A DNA stretch of 64,000 nt from Pecten maximus (lineage: Eukaryota): NCBI RefSeq assembly GCF_902652985.1, contig NC_047025.1, forward strand, positions 34,472,001 through 34,536,000. Direction: 5' to 3'. The notes beneath the pieces were generated by a model, which made no database searches, was not told where the DNA came from, and saw only the letters and a list, made by a program, of their open reading frames with translations. Numbering within the stretch: position 1 is the first letter of the stretch; each line of letters begins with the position of its first letter. Positions 1 through 13,849 of the stretch are shown piece after piece. The position numbers and the translations under genes were made by a program.

Positions 1-3000
1 CGTTTGATAGGACAGCTCTACGTGAAGACACGGCCAGGGACGCACTACGTTTGATGACGCCTATCTCACCATCGCATGGCCCCTTCCCATGACGCGAACC
101 GAAAAAATGCTTTTCCGTTCCAAATCCAAAATCATCTTGGCTAGATGACAAATCCATGAAGTTGTATTTGCATTTGTATTGAGAAGGTGCCCCATCAGAG
201 TAGTGAATTTCTTTTTCAATTTCCAGACCACTTTGCATCAGAAATTCATTTGCTTTTGTTACTGAATGTTGTACAAAGTGGTAATCATGCTTATGATCTT
301 CTGAAATAAACACCAAGGAATGATGCATTGACTCATTGCAGTCTTGGACTGGGCATCGATGATAAGCGACAATAGGATGAATAGTCACCTGTTCATATGT
401 CCAGTGTGCGCTTTGTGCCTCGTCTTGGTGACGACAGCAATAATTTTCTGCAAAATCCAGGCACATGAGCATCCATTTGTTAGGAATATTTGTTTTCAAA
501 TATTCAAACTCCTTTGTCTGCCAAAATGCATTGAAAAGATGTTTTGAAAAGGGAACAAGTTGTTTTTTCAACTCATCCAGACATTCCTCAACCAATCCAG
601 TCTTGCATTTCAAGGCCATGTACTTTTTTGAAACAGGATTCCCATTGACAACTGTTGTTTTTTCGTCCTGTTCCCACTTCTGCCACGATATTGTCTGATT
701 GTCCGAAAAGTCTTGAAATTGCCTGGCAAGAATATCCCCAAACTTGTCAATGCCACATTTTTCACACTCTCTGTCGATGCAATGTTTTTGATAATATTCA
801 CCCTCTTTTGGGCATAGAGTATTACGGGACATCTCATACCGGTCACTTGCAACAACAGGTATCTTCTTCTGGACACAAAAACACTTCAAGCTTTTCACTT
901 TAAAATCAATATTTATACAATACTCGCATAAACACTGTAAATATTTGTTTTTTGTCATTGGGAGTACATTATCTGGTTTCAGACTGGCAAATTTGCTGTA
1001 GGAAATCTGCTGGTCTGGGTTTTCCTCAGTGAATTTGGTGTATGTTGTCTTCAGAGAACATTCCAGTGCTTTCCTTACCGACAAATCCTTCTTGACCGAT
1101 CTCTGATTTGGTAGCTCTCTTGAGATATACATTTTGCCATAAAAGTTTTCCACTGTGTTGACAACTTCAATTGGTAATGTGTCTTTTCGCTCTTTTCTCC
1201 TCACTTCAAGATCTTTATTTTTTTCATACTGTGTCGCCAATTTTCTGCTTATTTGAAATTGTGTTTTGATTCTTTTGTTTACTCTCCCTTTCGCAAGCAG
1301 TGCACTGTGTAGAATGCGTCGCAGCCTGTTGTCCTTGGAGTTTCTTCTACATTTCAATTCTTCAATTTTGTCCCTAATGCCCATCTGTGTTGTTTCAAGG
1401 TAGTCTAACCGTTTCTTTGCACCTGGGGATGTAATGCACTTTTTCATAAGGGCAGCTTTTTTATTTGGTGTAGTTTTTGCGATGATACTGGATACAACAT
1501 CCGCAAACTTATTTGCATCTGTGGGGAGTATTCGCAGTGACCTAGAAATAGCCTTTCGCTTAGCAGCTGCAGATGGGAATCCACCAGATGGAACGACAGA
1601 TGTATTTGAACTTGAACTTCGTGAAGATGACGATGCGTTGGAAACTGCTTTTTTTCCTTGCTTCTTTAAGGCATATAACTCTCTTCGTCTCTCATTTACC
1701 CTCCTCCTTTTCTGTGCACTCATGTTACTTCTTTGATCTCTCTTGACTTTTTTCCAAGTCTCTCTCTGTTTTTCTGTAGCATTTCTTGTGTATGCCCGTT
1801 TATTTGTAATATATATATTGAAGCCTGGTTCTGACTTTTTTTTCTGTCTGTACCTCTGATTGCGAATTCTTGCCTTTTCATTATATTTTTGTTTTTGTTC
1901 TTCTGTCATTGATGCACGAAAAGCCTGTATACGAAGACTTTCATATGCCCTGTAGCTCTTATATACAGCAACATCTTTTTTCATTCTCTCGCGAAAATCT
2001 TTTTGGTATTGTGCATTTGTTTTCTTTTTTTGTCGAACGATTGGTGGAACCTAACAAAGACATAAACAAAGGGTTATTTACACTTTGTAGGTAATATTTC
2101 AGTCAAAGTTAACATCAAACTTGATCAAGGTATTCACACACTTAATAACCTTTGTGTGAAGTTTGATCAAAATCTTTTCAGAAATGAAGATGTATAGTGC
2201 TGACAACTTGGACCATGTATGTAAATAAGGTCTACGGTAAGAATGCTATAAACCCACGGCAGACTGTCTTTACTCAAAGGGATAATAATACCATAAATAC
2301 CAAATTGATTTACAATAATTTGCTATTATTGCAAAGTTAAAGTTTTTTCTGTTTAAAAGTGATAAATTGTATGAACTAATTTTTGGTGTCCTCTGATATG
2401 AACATAAAACATTGAAAATTAAAATACATAAAACCAACAAATAATTTTCAATGTCATAATTCAAACCCTTATAATTATTGCCTATAATAACTTCAAAAAT
2501 TTTATAATCAAGAAAACATTTCATTCTGAGGTGATAAAATGGAATGGTCTTACGTTCAAAGAAAGACACTGGATTCTGAATTAATTTCAGTGTCCAATGA
2601 TATGAACATAATACATCAAGCAATGTTCTTCAAAATCACATATTAAATATTGTAATGACATAATTTAAACACTAATATAACCTTTTAATTGTACAATTGA
2701 ATAAGTCATGGAATCATTTCAATTTTAGGTTGTAAAACAATATGCCCTTATGTTCAAAGAAAGACACTGGAAAACAATAATTCATTTTGGTGTCCAATGA
2801 TATGAACAAAATGTAAATGAAATAATCTGTCAAACTCTCATATTAAACTTGAATGTCATAATTCTGTAAGAATAACATTAATAAGAGCTATATGATTTAT
2901 AAAACAAATACCTTTTTATTTAAATTTGAAAGAAGAAAATTGTATGTTTTTATGTTCAAAGTAGGACACTTCAAGTTAAATATCTTGTAGTGTCCATCAT

Positions 3001-3802
3001 ACGTACATAATTTGTTTTCTGACATTGATGATAAGTTCAAAATAAATATACACAAAAGAAGTTAAAATGAAATTCATCTCTGTATTTAGAAGTCAACTGG
3101 TAATTTTCAATCAAGTAAACATTATGGAATTACTACTATTTCAAACCATCTTATGTTCGGATAAAAGACACCTAACACCGGGAAATTATTGTGTCTCCAA
3201 TACGTACGTAAACTCGCATTGACATGTAACACTAATACAACTATTTCAGGCATCAATACCATTTCTGTCGATTGTACAAATATAATTTTGAAATTTGAAA
3301 ATAAATCTCCATGCAGGCATTATATGAATAATGAATTGTTCACTTTCGCTTTTGTTCACTTATAAGGACACTCCCGTTGGCTACTGTTATCGTGTCTCCG
3401 ATACGAACATAATATGGATGGAATCCAAGTGATCGACAAGTTTCACAAACGATATTTTCGCTGACTGAATTGATTAATGAAAAATATCCAATATAACACA
3501 TCTAAATCGGTCTGAAACATTTGCAGTACTCGAGAACGTATATGGTAGACTTTTGTTCAATCTATGGACACGAACATCCTTTGGAAACAGCTTGTCAATA
3601 AACACCCACAACATCGTATGTATGCTTATCAGAACCAAAAAAGTGCACTAAAATAACTTGTTGGGTCCTCATTTCGGATGCTAGAAATCAAAAGTTTGGA
3701 TATAAATCATACATTCATTTTTAATCGGGTATACACACGAAAACTTACCTCTTCCTTACGTTCGTCCCGTCGCGGCCGGAGACGGGACACCAACGCATCC
3801 AT
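1..3802 (-). CDS. Sola2-type DDD transposase, two exons (3749-3802 + 1-2050), runs off the left edge of the window
   Basis: Exon 1 encodes MDALVSRLRPRRDERKEE and ends at a gtaag donor. It joins in phase 0 to a ttag acceptor at 2050 (VPPIVRQKKKTNAQYQKDF...). The frame is open without stops for 683 codons to position 1. Motifs: CLCEYC and CIDRECEKCG (Cys clusters), CLDFAENY..QDEAQSAHW, YSDGAPSQYK, FFGSRHGKGPCDG, matching Sola2-group transposases as I recall them. Confidence 0.85.
2340..3600. repeat. Diverged ~200-bp periodic array of inverted motif pairs (TAYGTTC..GACAC / GTGTC..GAACATA) in the transposase intron
   Basis: GTGTC half-sites at 2386, 2590, 2790, 2990, 3191, 3392. TWYGTTC half-sites at 2551, 2749, 2951, 3152, 3351, 3552. 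Spacers are only weakly similar. Confidence 0.8.
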
Positions 3803-5576
3803 GGTCCGTTTACAATGCCCGAGTGATCAGCGATGAAGAACGCTGCAGTGTCAAAGCAGTCACGTGATGTTGTTTTCATTGGAGATGTAAAGCTAGCAAA
3901 TATTGTTTCGTAAAGCAGCGTTAGCACCGCATCTTATGTTCGTATCGCTGAGGACACGAAGTGTGTACGAGATATAGATGACTTCAAAAAATATGTTTAC
4001 GTAACAGTTTTGCACTAAATCATTTCAAAATATGTTATGTCAGATGATTTCAACATTACGTGCACAAAATATGCTACTATATCCACGGCATGGTAAGAGA
4101 ACTGGTAACTTGTAGTAATGGTTTAAAAAGGACACGGAGAGATGTGAACGTAAGATCATCTTCAAATGATTATTCTTCATTGTACACTCGTGTTTGTGAT
4201 TTTTTTTTACAGTGTATGTGTTTATACATGACTGCTCTGGCAAAATGACACATTTAAACTGTACTGGGAGATTAAATAAATGTAAAAAAAACCAGTATCA
4301 TATCACCTGTTGGAAATGTCACACTTTTGCACTTGAAAAGTGCACATTTTTGCTAGGTTTTATTTGTCTACAAAATAACCTATAACATGCAGACCAATCA
4401 TATATCATGATTTATTTGCAAGAAGTATGCCACATACAACAAAACAAAACTGATACTTCAAATATGTTTATTTTATTAGATATTTACATTTTATATGCAA
4501 TATGCAAATTTGTCCCAGTACTGAAGATGGACTTATATATGAAGTTATCCAAATATGTTTCCAAGATTTTCCCATAATTTTAATTCCGAATTTCCAAACT
4601 AATGCAATTTATAAGTAACGTACCAGTTGATCTTGTGTTGCAAGTTTCAGAATATCTTCTGGACTTCCTTTTTTGTCCTTCAATAGTTTGTCCAAAATAT
4701 CCATGCATTGTTCTGCTATGCTGGGTCCGAAAGGGAGAGTGTCTTTTTGCTTCGCAGTTTCGTGAATGCAAATGTCCCCTTTGCATTGCTTGCATTTTCT
4801 GGTCTTTTTACCAAATCGAGTTGCCATTTTCACAACAGAATATCGAAACTTTGAAAAATCTCAATATCTTCTTGAATAGAAATTGTGAATGTTATGAAAC
4901 GTTTTCGTCTATTGATGACGTCATAGTAGATATGACGTCACAATACAATACCCCAATGCTGTATACTCCGCGAAATGACGTGACGTGTCGAGGTCAGTAC
5001 TTTGAGGCGCAATAGACTAAAAGTAAAGACAGGAATAGATGTTTGAATGCTGAATCTGACTAATATACGGGTACTTTAGGTAAAGAAATCCTCCTAAGAG
5101 GTAAGCTTGTTAGTAACTGGGTTGTTTGGTGTATACGTCATCGCAACACGATGGTCACCGATATAAAACCTGGACATGGTGACAGGGTTAACTTATAATT
5201 TATAGATATCGCTGGCTACCCAAATGTTACTAATCAGCTAGAGAGGTTTGGAAACAATGCCCATACCCTTGCTCGTTTGGGCGGGCGCTCAATAATACAG
5301 CCAAACAAAAAAGGAAGTCATGTGTGGCATGGGAAACAAAATCTAAAAAGTAGAGAGAGAAACAAAGGCCTGAAATGTTAAAATAGATGCAGCAAATTCA
5401 TATTTGTAATTTAGGTTACTCTAAGTTGAGACCACATAAAGTAAAATATGCATGGATTGCTATATCCGTCGTCTGTATCATATTATGATATCGTTCATCA
5501 ATTGTTAACCTGCAGAGATGAAATTATTATAAAGTAATTTATCTCATACTTTGCCACAGTGAATCAATGTGATTAG

Positions 5577-6823
5577 AATTCAGTAGACTTTGGCGGATTA
5601 CATCCGCTACGAAACTCTATCTTTCTGGCGAGGTGGCAGTATTAAACAGACTTTGGTGGATTACATCCACTACGAAACTCTATCTTACTGGCGAGGCGGC
5701 AGTATTCAGTAGACTTTGGTGGATTACATCCACTACGAAACTCTATCTTACTGGCAAGGCGGCAGTATTCAGTAGACTTTGGCGGATTACATCTACTACG
5801 AAACTCTATCTTACTGGCGAGGTGGCAGTATTCAGTAGACTTTGGTGGATTACATGTACATGTACTTCGAAACTCAATCTTACTGGCAAGGTGGCAGTAT
5901 TCAGTAGACTTTGGTGGATTACATCTACTACGAAACTCAATCTTACTGGCGAGGCGGCAGTTTTCAGTAGACTTTGGTGGATTACATGTACATGTACTTC
6001 GAAACTCTATCTTACTGGCGAGGTGGTAGTATTCAGTAGACTTTGGCGGATTACATCTACTACGAAACTCTATCTTACTGGCGAGGCGGCAGTATTCAGT
6101 AGACTTTGGTGGATTACATCCACTTCGAAACTCAATCTCACTGGCGAGGTGGCAGTATTCAGTAGACTTTGACGGATTACATGTACATGTACTTCGAAAC
6201 TCAATCTCACCGGCGAGGTGGCATTATTCAGTAGACTTTGGTGGATTACATGTACATGTACTTCGAAACTCAATCTCACCGGCGAGGTGGCATTATTCAG
6301 TAGACTTTGGCGGATTACATCCACTTCGAAACTCTATCTTACTGGCGAGGCGGCAGTATTCAGTAGACTTTGGTGGATTACATCCACTTCGAAACTCAAT
6401 CTCACTGGCGAGGTGGCAGTATTCAGTAGACTTTGACGGATTACATGTACATGTACTTCGAAACTCAATCTCACCGGCGAGGTGGCATTATTCAGTAGAC
6501 TTTGGTGGATTACATGTACATGTACTTCGAAACTCAATCTCACCGGCGAGGTGGCATTATTCAGTAGACTTTGACGGATTACATGTACATGTACTTCGAA
6601 ACTCAATCTCACTGGCGAGGTGGCAGTATTCAGTAGACTTTGACGGATTACATGTACATGTACTTCGAAACTCAATCTCACCGGCGAGGTGGCATTATTC
6701 AGTAGACTTTGGTGGATTACATCCACTACGAAACTCCATCTTACTGGCGAGGTGGCAGTATTAAACAGACTTTGGTGGATTACATGTACTGCCAAACTCC
6801 ATCTTACTGGCGAGGTGGCAGTA
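5577..6823. repeat. Minisatellite with 63/69-bp units, ~19 copies
   Basis: Unit cagtagactttggtggattacatccactacgaaactctatcttactggcgaggtggcagtatt; the long variant carries an extra tgtaca. Confidence 0.95.
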
Positions 6824-7251
6824 GCTCACTAAATGAACGTCTGTCTAGAGACGGACAGGCCCCCTTATCGAATCCCGGATCTTCGGTATTTCAGACAATC
6901 GTTTTATTCCTGGGTTAAAGGGGTGCAACTCCCCAACAATGTATCTGAAACGAACTATTGAATAACTAAATTTGTTTTTGCAAGTGTTGTGTCAATACTA
7001 TTGAGGACACATTAGGTATTTTACATGCGTGTTCCTTGTGATAAGACCTTGCTATTGAGGTACTACATTTGTGGACCTGCTGACCTTGACTTTGACCTTA
7101 ACGTTAACCTTAATTGGCCGCAGTATATTAACCGTACGAGATGGGGCTTTCATATATATTTGACATGTGCGTTCCTTGTCATAAGATCTTTCTATTGTAC
7201 TACATTTGCGAACCTGCTCAACTTGACCGGGACTTTTGATCTCCTTTAAAG

Positions 7252-8373
7252 AACAAGAGCTGTTGGAGAACAGCATAGCTCGTCTCACAAATGTTTGTCA
7301 ATAAATAATTAAAATATATTAATTGGAATGGTTTCGCAAATTGCATTAATAATATTTATATTGTTTACTTGATCAGATTGTTTTGTGAATTCATGCAATT
7401 TTCAATACCATACATTTATATATATATAAATTATTTATTGACAAACATTCGGGAGACAAGCTATGCTGTTGTTAATTGAATATATTAAATACAAATGTAA
7501 TTGCTTTTGGACATATTTCTTCATTTTTTTTGACAAAATATTATCCTAATGAGAGTTGTCTCCCTTGAAAAATGTGGACCCGTATAAATTGTCTATTGTG
7601 AGTATTTCCACATTGTTTTATTTTCAGTTTCACCCCAAGAAGGGATAATGTAACTCCATAGGGACTCTTTTACCAAATATCAGCACCCTAGTACAATCAT
7701 AAAGTGAAATGTTAATAGCTTTCAACATTTGCACAAAAATTTAAAAAATGTGTTTTTTCCCCAAAATAATCTTTCAGTTTAACTCTGGCAAGGGATAGTT
7801 TAATCCCCACAGGGAACCTAATACCATGTATTACTATGCCTTTCAACACTCACAACATAAGCTTAACACAAAGTCCAAAGATTTAAAAACAAAAAAAAAC
7901 CTTCTTTTTTTTTAAAGTTTTACTCCAGGAAGGGATTGTCTTACTCCATAGGGACTCTATTGCCAAATATCAGCACCCTAGTACAATTATAAAGTGATGT
8001 ATTAATACCTTTCAACACTTGCACCAAAAACTTAACGCATAATTATTCTAAGTCAAAAAATTTGAAAATTCTGGTTTTTTCCCAAATAAATCTTTCAGTT
8101 TTACTCTGGCAGGGGATAGTTTAACCCCAGAGGGACTCTATTGTCAATTATCAGCACCCTAGTACAATTATAAAGTGATGTATTAATACCTTTCAACACT
8201 TGCACCAAAAAGTTAATGCAGAAATATTCTAATTCCAAGGACCATATTACCATAAATTACTATGCCTTTCAACACTTGCACCAAAAATTTAACATTTGAA
8301 AAACCAACGCCGACACCGACGCCAGAGTGACGACATAAGCTCTCTCTCTTCTTCGAAGAGACGAGCTTAAAAA
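7252..8373 (+). mobile_element. Helentron-associated non-autonomous element (HINE/pearl-like)
   Basis: Starts aacaagag. Sub-terminal inverted repeat agctcgtctc (7277) / gagacgagct (8358). Internal diverged tandem repeats, 3' hairpin ctcttcttcgaagag, then an A-run. Confidence 0.7.
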
Positions 8374-10020
8374 CTAATTCTGAATTAAAACCCACTCAGC
8401 GAACTACAACTCTTGTTGATTGTAGTTTACCATTCAGAAATGTCGGAGATGCATTACTTCATATGCCTTATTTTCTTGCAGATACGCGTATGTGGTATGG
8501 CTTCCTCGGATATAAACGAGCTGCAATTATAATAAAACATTCACATGACACTGAAAAAAATAGCACTCCATCTCCAGTTAATTTTTCACCCTGAGTATAC
8601 TTTGTAGGTTCAGATCACCAATGATTCAAATTCAGTTGGCCAAAGCTTCAACATGTCCAAAAGTTGGCCAAGGTGGAATTGAAGGTATCTCAAAGTAAAA
8701 AGATTGTATGTCTCTTTGAAATTCCGAAGCTGTTAATTTGGCCAAACACTTTGTTCCTTTGTCATAGTATACTACATTTTCATTACAGACGTCTTGATTT
8801 TTAATTATGTATGTATAAAAGTTTTTAAGACAAGTATTTAAGACAGTATATTGGCAGCATACTGTATCAATGCGTTATTCAAATCATGTTTCAACTAACA
8901 ACTTGGCAAATACTTGTGTCACGCAGTTCCCCTCCATACTTTGCCATGCGGTTCTATCTAGACTTTTCCAACATGGTATGTGTATGCGCATATAAAATAC
9001 TTTACTCCGGGTGGAAACTGGGATTCAACCGGGAATATTGACAGATACGAGTGATTCAGCATAACGCCATTCTCTCCACAGTTAACACTCCGAGAGAGAT
9101 CGGAATTATACTAGAATTACCTCCCCTTGTTACTAGCCTACACAGGAATAACAAACAGCTATATTGTATATACTGGTATTCGCACAGACATTTATTACAA
9201 TGTATAGGTATATACAATGATTTCCGTCTCGACTGACACTGAAATGATAACATCTACATATATTGGCACATTTCCCATGCATAACACAATGAATACAATG
9301 AATAGATGACTGTTTTTATGTGTAGGATACCTTGTACTTATAAAACACACCCCAAACATAATAAGCTCTATCAGAAATGTGGGTGTGGCTTTTTGTTCTT
9401 TTCATTTTCAACATTGTACAATTAGGTAGTGGTGCAAACAAATTAAAACACACCCTTATTTAAGAGTCTGGCCATCATACGTCTAACCTGGTTGACAAAA
9501 CAAAGATAAACTAGATAATAGTGTATCATTGTTTATATTATAATTTACAATTACCATTTTAAAGTTTAATTGAAAAAAAAAAATTGTATTGATATTCAAA
9601 TTAACTCAAACTGATTTTTTCATGAAATTAAACCGTTCTATATACATATTTTCAAACATACATTTCAAAGCGATGTACACAAGTAACAAATTATGACAGA
9701 TACTTTGGTTCTTCCAGTAAAGCAGAACGTTACATATACATGAACCTCCTGTCATGATAAGTACAATAATATTGGGTATTACAGAATGTGACAGGCGAGT
9801 TTTCGTTTTTACTCTATTAAAGTCTCGGGTAATAAAATGATGTAACAGATTTAATGATACAGTTTTAAATGATCTTCAGGAGTAGAGCATAAATACATCA
9901 ATATATCCAGTTCAAGTCTCTATCTGTTAGCAACAAAACTGAAACTGTTCACAGAAATTAGCATTCTTCTAAAAAAAATATATATATATATATATAAAGA
10001 GTACTTCTAATGAGACTTCT

Positions 10021-10270
10021 AGTGGTTTGTTTTTTGTCAGTAATTTTATAACCGTGCCGATTGAGAGAATAGTGGTTTGTTTTTTGTCAGTAATTTTATA
10101 ACCGTGCCGATTGAGAGAATAGTGGTTTGTTTTTTGTCAGTAATTTTATAACCGTGCCGATTGAGAGAATAGTGGTTTGTTTTTTGTCAGTAATTTTATA
10201 ACCGTGCCGATTGAGAGAATAGTGGTTTGTTTTTTGTCAGTAATTTTATAACCGTGCCGATTGAGAGAAT
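10021..10270. repeat. 50-bp tandem repeat x5 (perfect)
   Basis: Unit agtggtttgttttttgtcagtaattttataaccgtgccgattgagagaat. Confidence 0.95.
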
Positions 10271-11175
10271 AAGACAGAGAAAAAAGGTCTGTAAAACAAG
10301 GATCCTGAACATAACGCTTGGCTTTAGCGATTGTCTTTGGTAACTTTTAAAAAAATAACTTACGAGTGTGGAATAAATTCAATATCCAAAAATCACAATC
10401 GTGTGACCTGTTTCTACCACAATGATATCGGCTTCAATCAAAGGGGAACGTGGCCGCCAAAACCAATCTGACGTATGCAAACAAAGTTTACAAAGGATGG
10501 ATTTGACCCGGTGATGTGATGTCATTCGATTATTGATGATGTTAATAACAATTGCAGTTCGGGTCAAAGTTCGAATTCTTGACCAATCAAAAGACCGAAT
10601 GGTTATATTCCACTAGTGAAATATACCATATATATCCACAGTCAGCACATTTATACAATGGCCTGAGAGTGGAATAACACAAAATCTTGTGGTAGAAAAC
10701 TTCTTCTACAAAGCAACAAAGTCAATAACAAATTAATCATAATATCTGTTGTTTAAGCCATAAGAGATACAATAGATGGTATGTGGGAACAGTCAATGCT
10801 ACAAACACAATTTATATATGCATTAATATAGTAATGTATAGAATTTGCAAACAATATCCAAAGTGTCCAGCCTGTCGTGGTCGAATGTCGGGTCAGGGTC
10901 ACTTTGAAACACGGATGTACAAATGTACAATGGCTGATTTCGGGGACATTGGTATTATCGAAGCATTTAAAGATTTTGCAATAAAAATTGCTGATAATAA
11001 TAGTTTAGCATCATTTTTAACCTCATTTCTACTTATCAGTATGGCTTACAAAAATTTCAAATTCTGAAAAACCAGTCGATTTCAGCTTATCTGAGGATTA
11101 GCACAAACCATGCTGTCATCATTATCAGAACGACGGACAAAATGCTGGTGAAATGGATGTTTACTGTACCGATTC

Positions 11176-11295
11176 ACAGCGAGATTGTTCTTTATATTAC
11201 CTTAACACTTTGTTAACAGCGAGAATGTTCTTTATATTACCTTAACACTTTGTTAACAGCGAGAATGTTCTTTATATTACCTTAACACTTTGTTA
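11176..11295. repeat. 40-bp tandem repeat x3
   Basis: Unit acagcgagaatgttctttatattaccttaacactttgtta. Confidence 0.9.
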
Positions 11296-12087
11296 CGTAC
11301 AGCCAAATTATCAAACTAGACTATGATTCATATACAGTTGTGTATAAAGCTAACTCGGACCATGATTTATTTGCATACAGTACACACATATATAGGTATA
11401 TAACATAACCGTACATGATAATGGCTAGACTAGTGGGGTTTAGGAAAGTATCAATAATACACTTAACAAAAATAAACTCACATACTGAATATAAACATGC
11501 TAAAAAATACATTAATTAAAATGTACATAAAATTCTGGTCCCTCAAATATACAAGACTTCATTAGGTATTCAAAGATCATTGTTTAGCTAATTAGGCACT
11601 TAAAGTGTAGCACTTAAACCATAATGCTAAAAACACATGATATACAGGAATTCTTAAATTCTAGAAAGGTCCCATAATATTATGTTGGTGAACAAACCTG
11701 TAAAGTTGTCATCATCTCATAATACATTTTGTAAATCTATCCATATAGTTTTCATTCCATCCAAAAGGCCTTTCAGGATGCTGAATCACAACATTTCTGC
11801 ATATGCCATTAACTTTTCACATTATCTAGCTATATAGTGGCAAACAAACAAAATTGTATGGAAATCACGAAAAGTAGAACCGTATACATTTAATAGGATA
11901 CTCCAGTAAAAAAATTAGTGTTCTGAAAAATCATAATAAAAAACAGAAAATTACCAATACAGTCACATGGGAAGTTAACATAAAGCAACATTACTATCCA
12001 ACTTCATATTGACTACTTTATCTATGTGTCTTCACTTCTTACATACATCTGCATTTAGTGAAGGAAATGTTGAACGATGTGTAAGCT

Positions 12088-12278
12088 ACACAGAGGCAGA
12101 CAAAGCAGGCAGGTGCTTCCCTTGGTTAGACTGCTGTTACACAGACAAAGCAGACAGGTGCTTCCCTTGGTTAGACTGCTGTTACACAGACAAAGCAGAC
12201 AGGTGCTTCCCTTGGTTAGACTGCTGTTACACAGACAAAGCAGACAGGTGCTTCCCTTGGTTAGACCGCTGTTACACT
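12088..12278. repeat. 45-bp tandem repeat x~4
   Basis: Unit acacagacaaagcagacaggtgcttcccttggttagactgctgtt. Confidence 0.9.
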
Positions 12279-13849
12279 TAGGATTCCAAACAAGTAAAGC
12301 TCAGTATCACCACAATGTCAGATCTACTAGTTTAACAGGAATGTACGAATTAACCTTATTGTTACAAGTCTAAATATAAACAACAAAGTTTAAAAAAAAC
12401 AATAAAAATCTGCCAAGAACAAATTTCACATCGAGGTACGGGCCCTAAACTTACATGTGTCTTTTTTTTTTTGAGAGAGAGAGAGAAATTAACAGAATTG
12501 TAAATAAAAAAATAATGTACCGTATACATGTTACATTATAACGGTCACATCTACTCAAAATCTGCCTGTTTGTGAACATTTATTTTCACAATTATAGTGC
12601 CACATTCACTAAAAAAATAAAAAGATTAAAACAATCTTAGTTTATTTATCATGACTTTAATGTATAAAGGAGAGTTGAAAAACCCCTCAAGAGATTTTTG
12701 TTATCTACAATAATCACAGCTCCAATCTCTGGACATCATAAAGGTGGTCACCACTGAAACAAATGTCTATTTCTCCAATAAAATTAAGTACAAAAAAATT
12801 AGATTGTTTATACCACTAACTCTCACATTATGTCAGGATCCAAAAACTGGGTCATCACATCAATATTTATATGGAAATCCTGACGGAACCAATCAGACTG
12901 ACAACTTATGACACATCAAGCTTATAGATCAGACTATATTTATGCACAAATTTTTGTAATCAAACTGGACACTTGACCACCCAAGTCAAGAGAAATTAGG
13001 AATGGACATCCAGACGCAAAACTGCTTATGTTTGAGATTTTATAGTTCTCCAATATTTCATCATTTCAGTGATGACCATGTTTAGATCCTAGTAGCCGAG
13101 ATCCTCCTGGTCTACATAACATTAATTAATGGTTATATTTCTCCTAAACCTTAAACTTAACGATAAGTCCTTTAATTGTCAAAAAAAAATGATGATATAA
13201 TACTGCTGTGTTATAATTATTAATCTCATTAAAAAAAGTTATTCTGAAAATTCAATCCAACTTTTAGAGGCAACTTTCCTTCAATAAAAGTAAAGATGAA
13301 GGTTCTTTTTCCACCTAATATACATTGATCCACAATCTGAGAATGTTGGAGAAATACAGATCCTTTGCATTTAAATGTAATAGCAAATATTGTTCTACAA
13401 ATGTATACAAAAAATGGTCACAGACTCTCCATGTACATGTAATACAAAATACAGAATATATTTTATACATAATACTAAATGTACTGTAACAGTTGTGGAG
13501 TTTGACGTTTTGTGAGACCAGTTCTATTGTCAAATACCAACATTATGAGAGTGTTCTGAGCCTCACAAAACAACTACATGTAACTCAGCATATCATAAGA
13601 TTCTGTTATTGACAAAATGAGTTTGTGAATTATGATATTAAAAACTGAATCAATGCAATAATGACAAAAAGTTATCCTAAAGATAGGGGTCTCATTGATA
13701 TTTGGAAATTTTCATTAATCAACAATACAAGCACCAACCAGACAGTGGGTTTATGCTAGTACCATTATAGAACTACAGTCTTTTAGAATTTAAACTTAAG
13801 CGACGAATTTCATGTACCACTAGTGACAGAAAATAGCTGCATTTTGTCA

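Larger units (their letters stand above)
1..5093 (-). mobile_element. Sola2-like DNA transposon, 5' part; the terminus position is tentative
   Basis: Contains the transposase above. A candidate terminus reads GAGGATTTC... on the minus strand from 5093, consistent with GRG termini of Sola2. The other end lies outside the window, so TIR and TSD cannot be confirmed. Confidence 0.55.

Noticed and set aside
2340-3600. CRISPR-like repeat/spacer array
   Set aside because: Eukaryotic transposon intron, degenerate motifs, ~140-bp spacers that are partly homologous to each other, and no cas genes.
4580-5015. ORFs of 71-137 aa
   Set aside because: They overlap on both strands in the putative transposon end region and show no recognisable domain.
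5633-6795. Repeat-protein ORFs (unit lengths 63/69 are multiples of 3)
   Set aside because: Unit variants introduce stops in the open frames, and there is no credible start or splice context.
6809-6944. Cytochrome b5 exon (YIVGELHP)
   Set aside because: Only a short resemblance; no HPGG heme-binding motif exon was found upstream.
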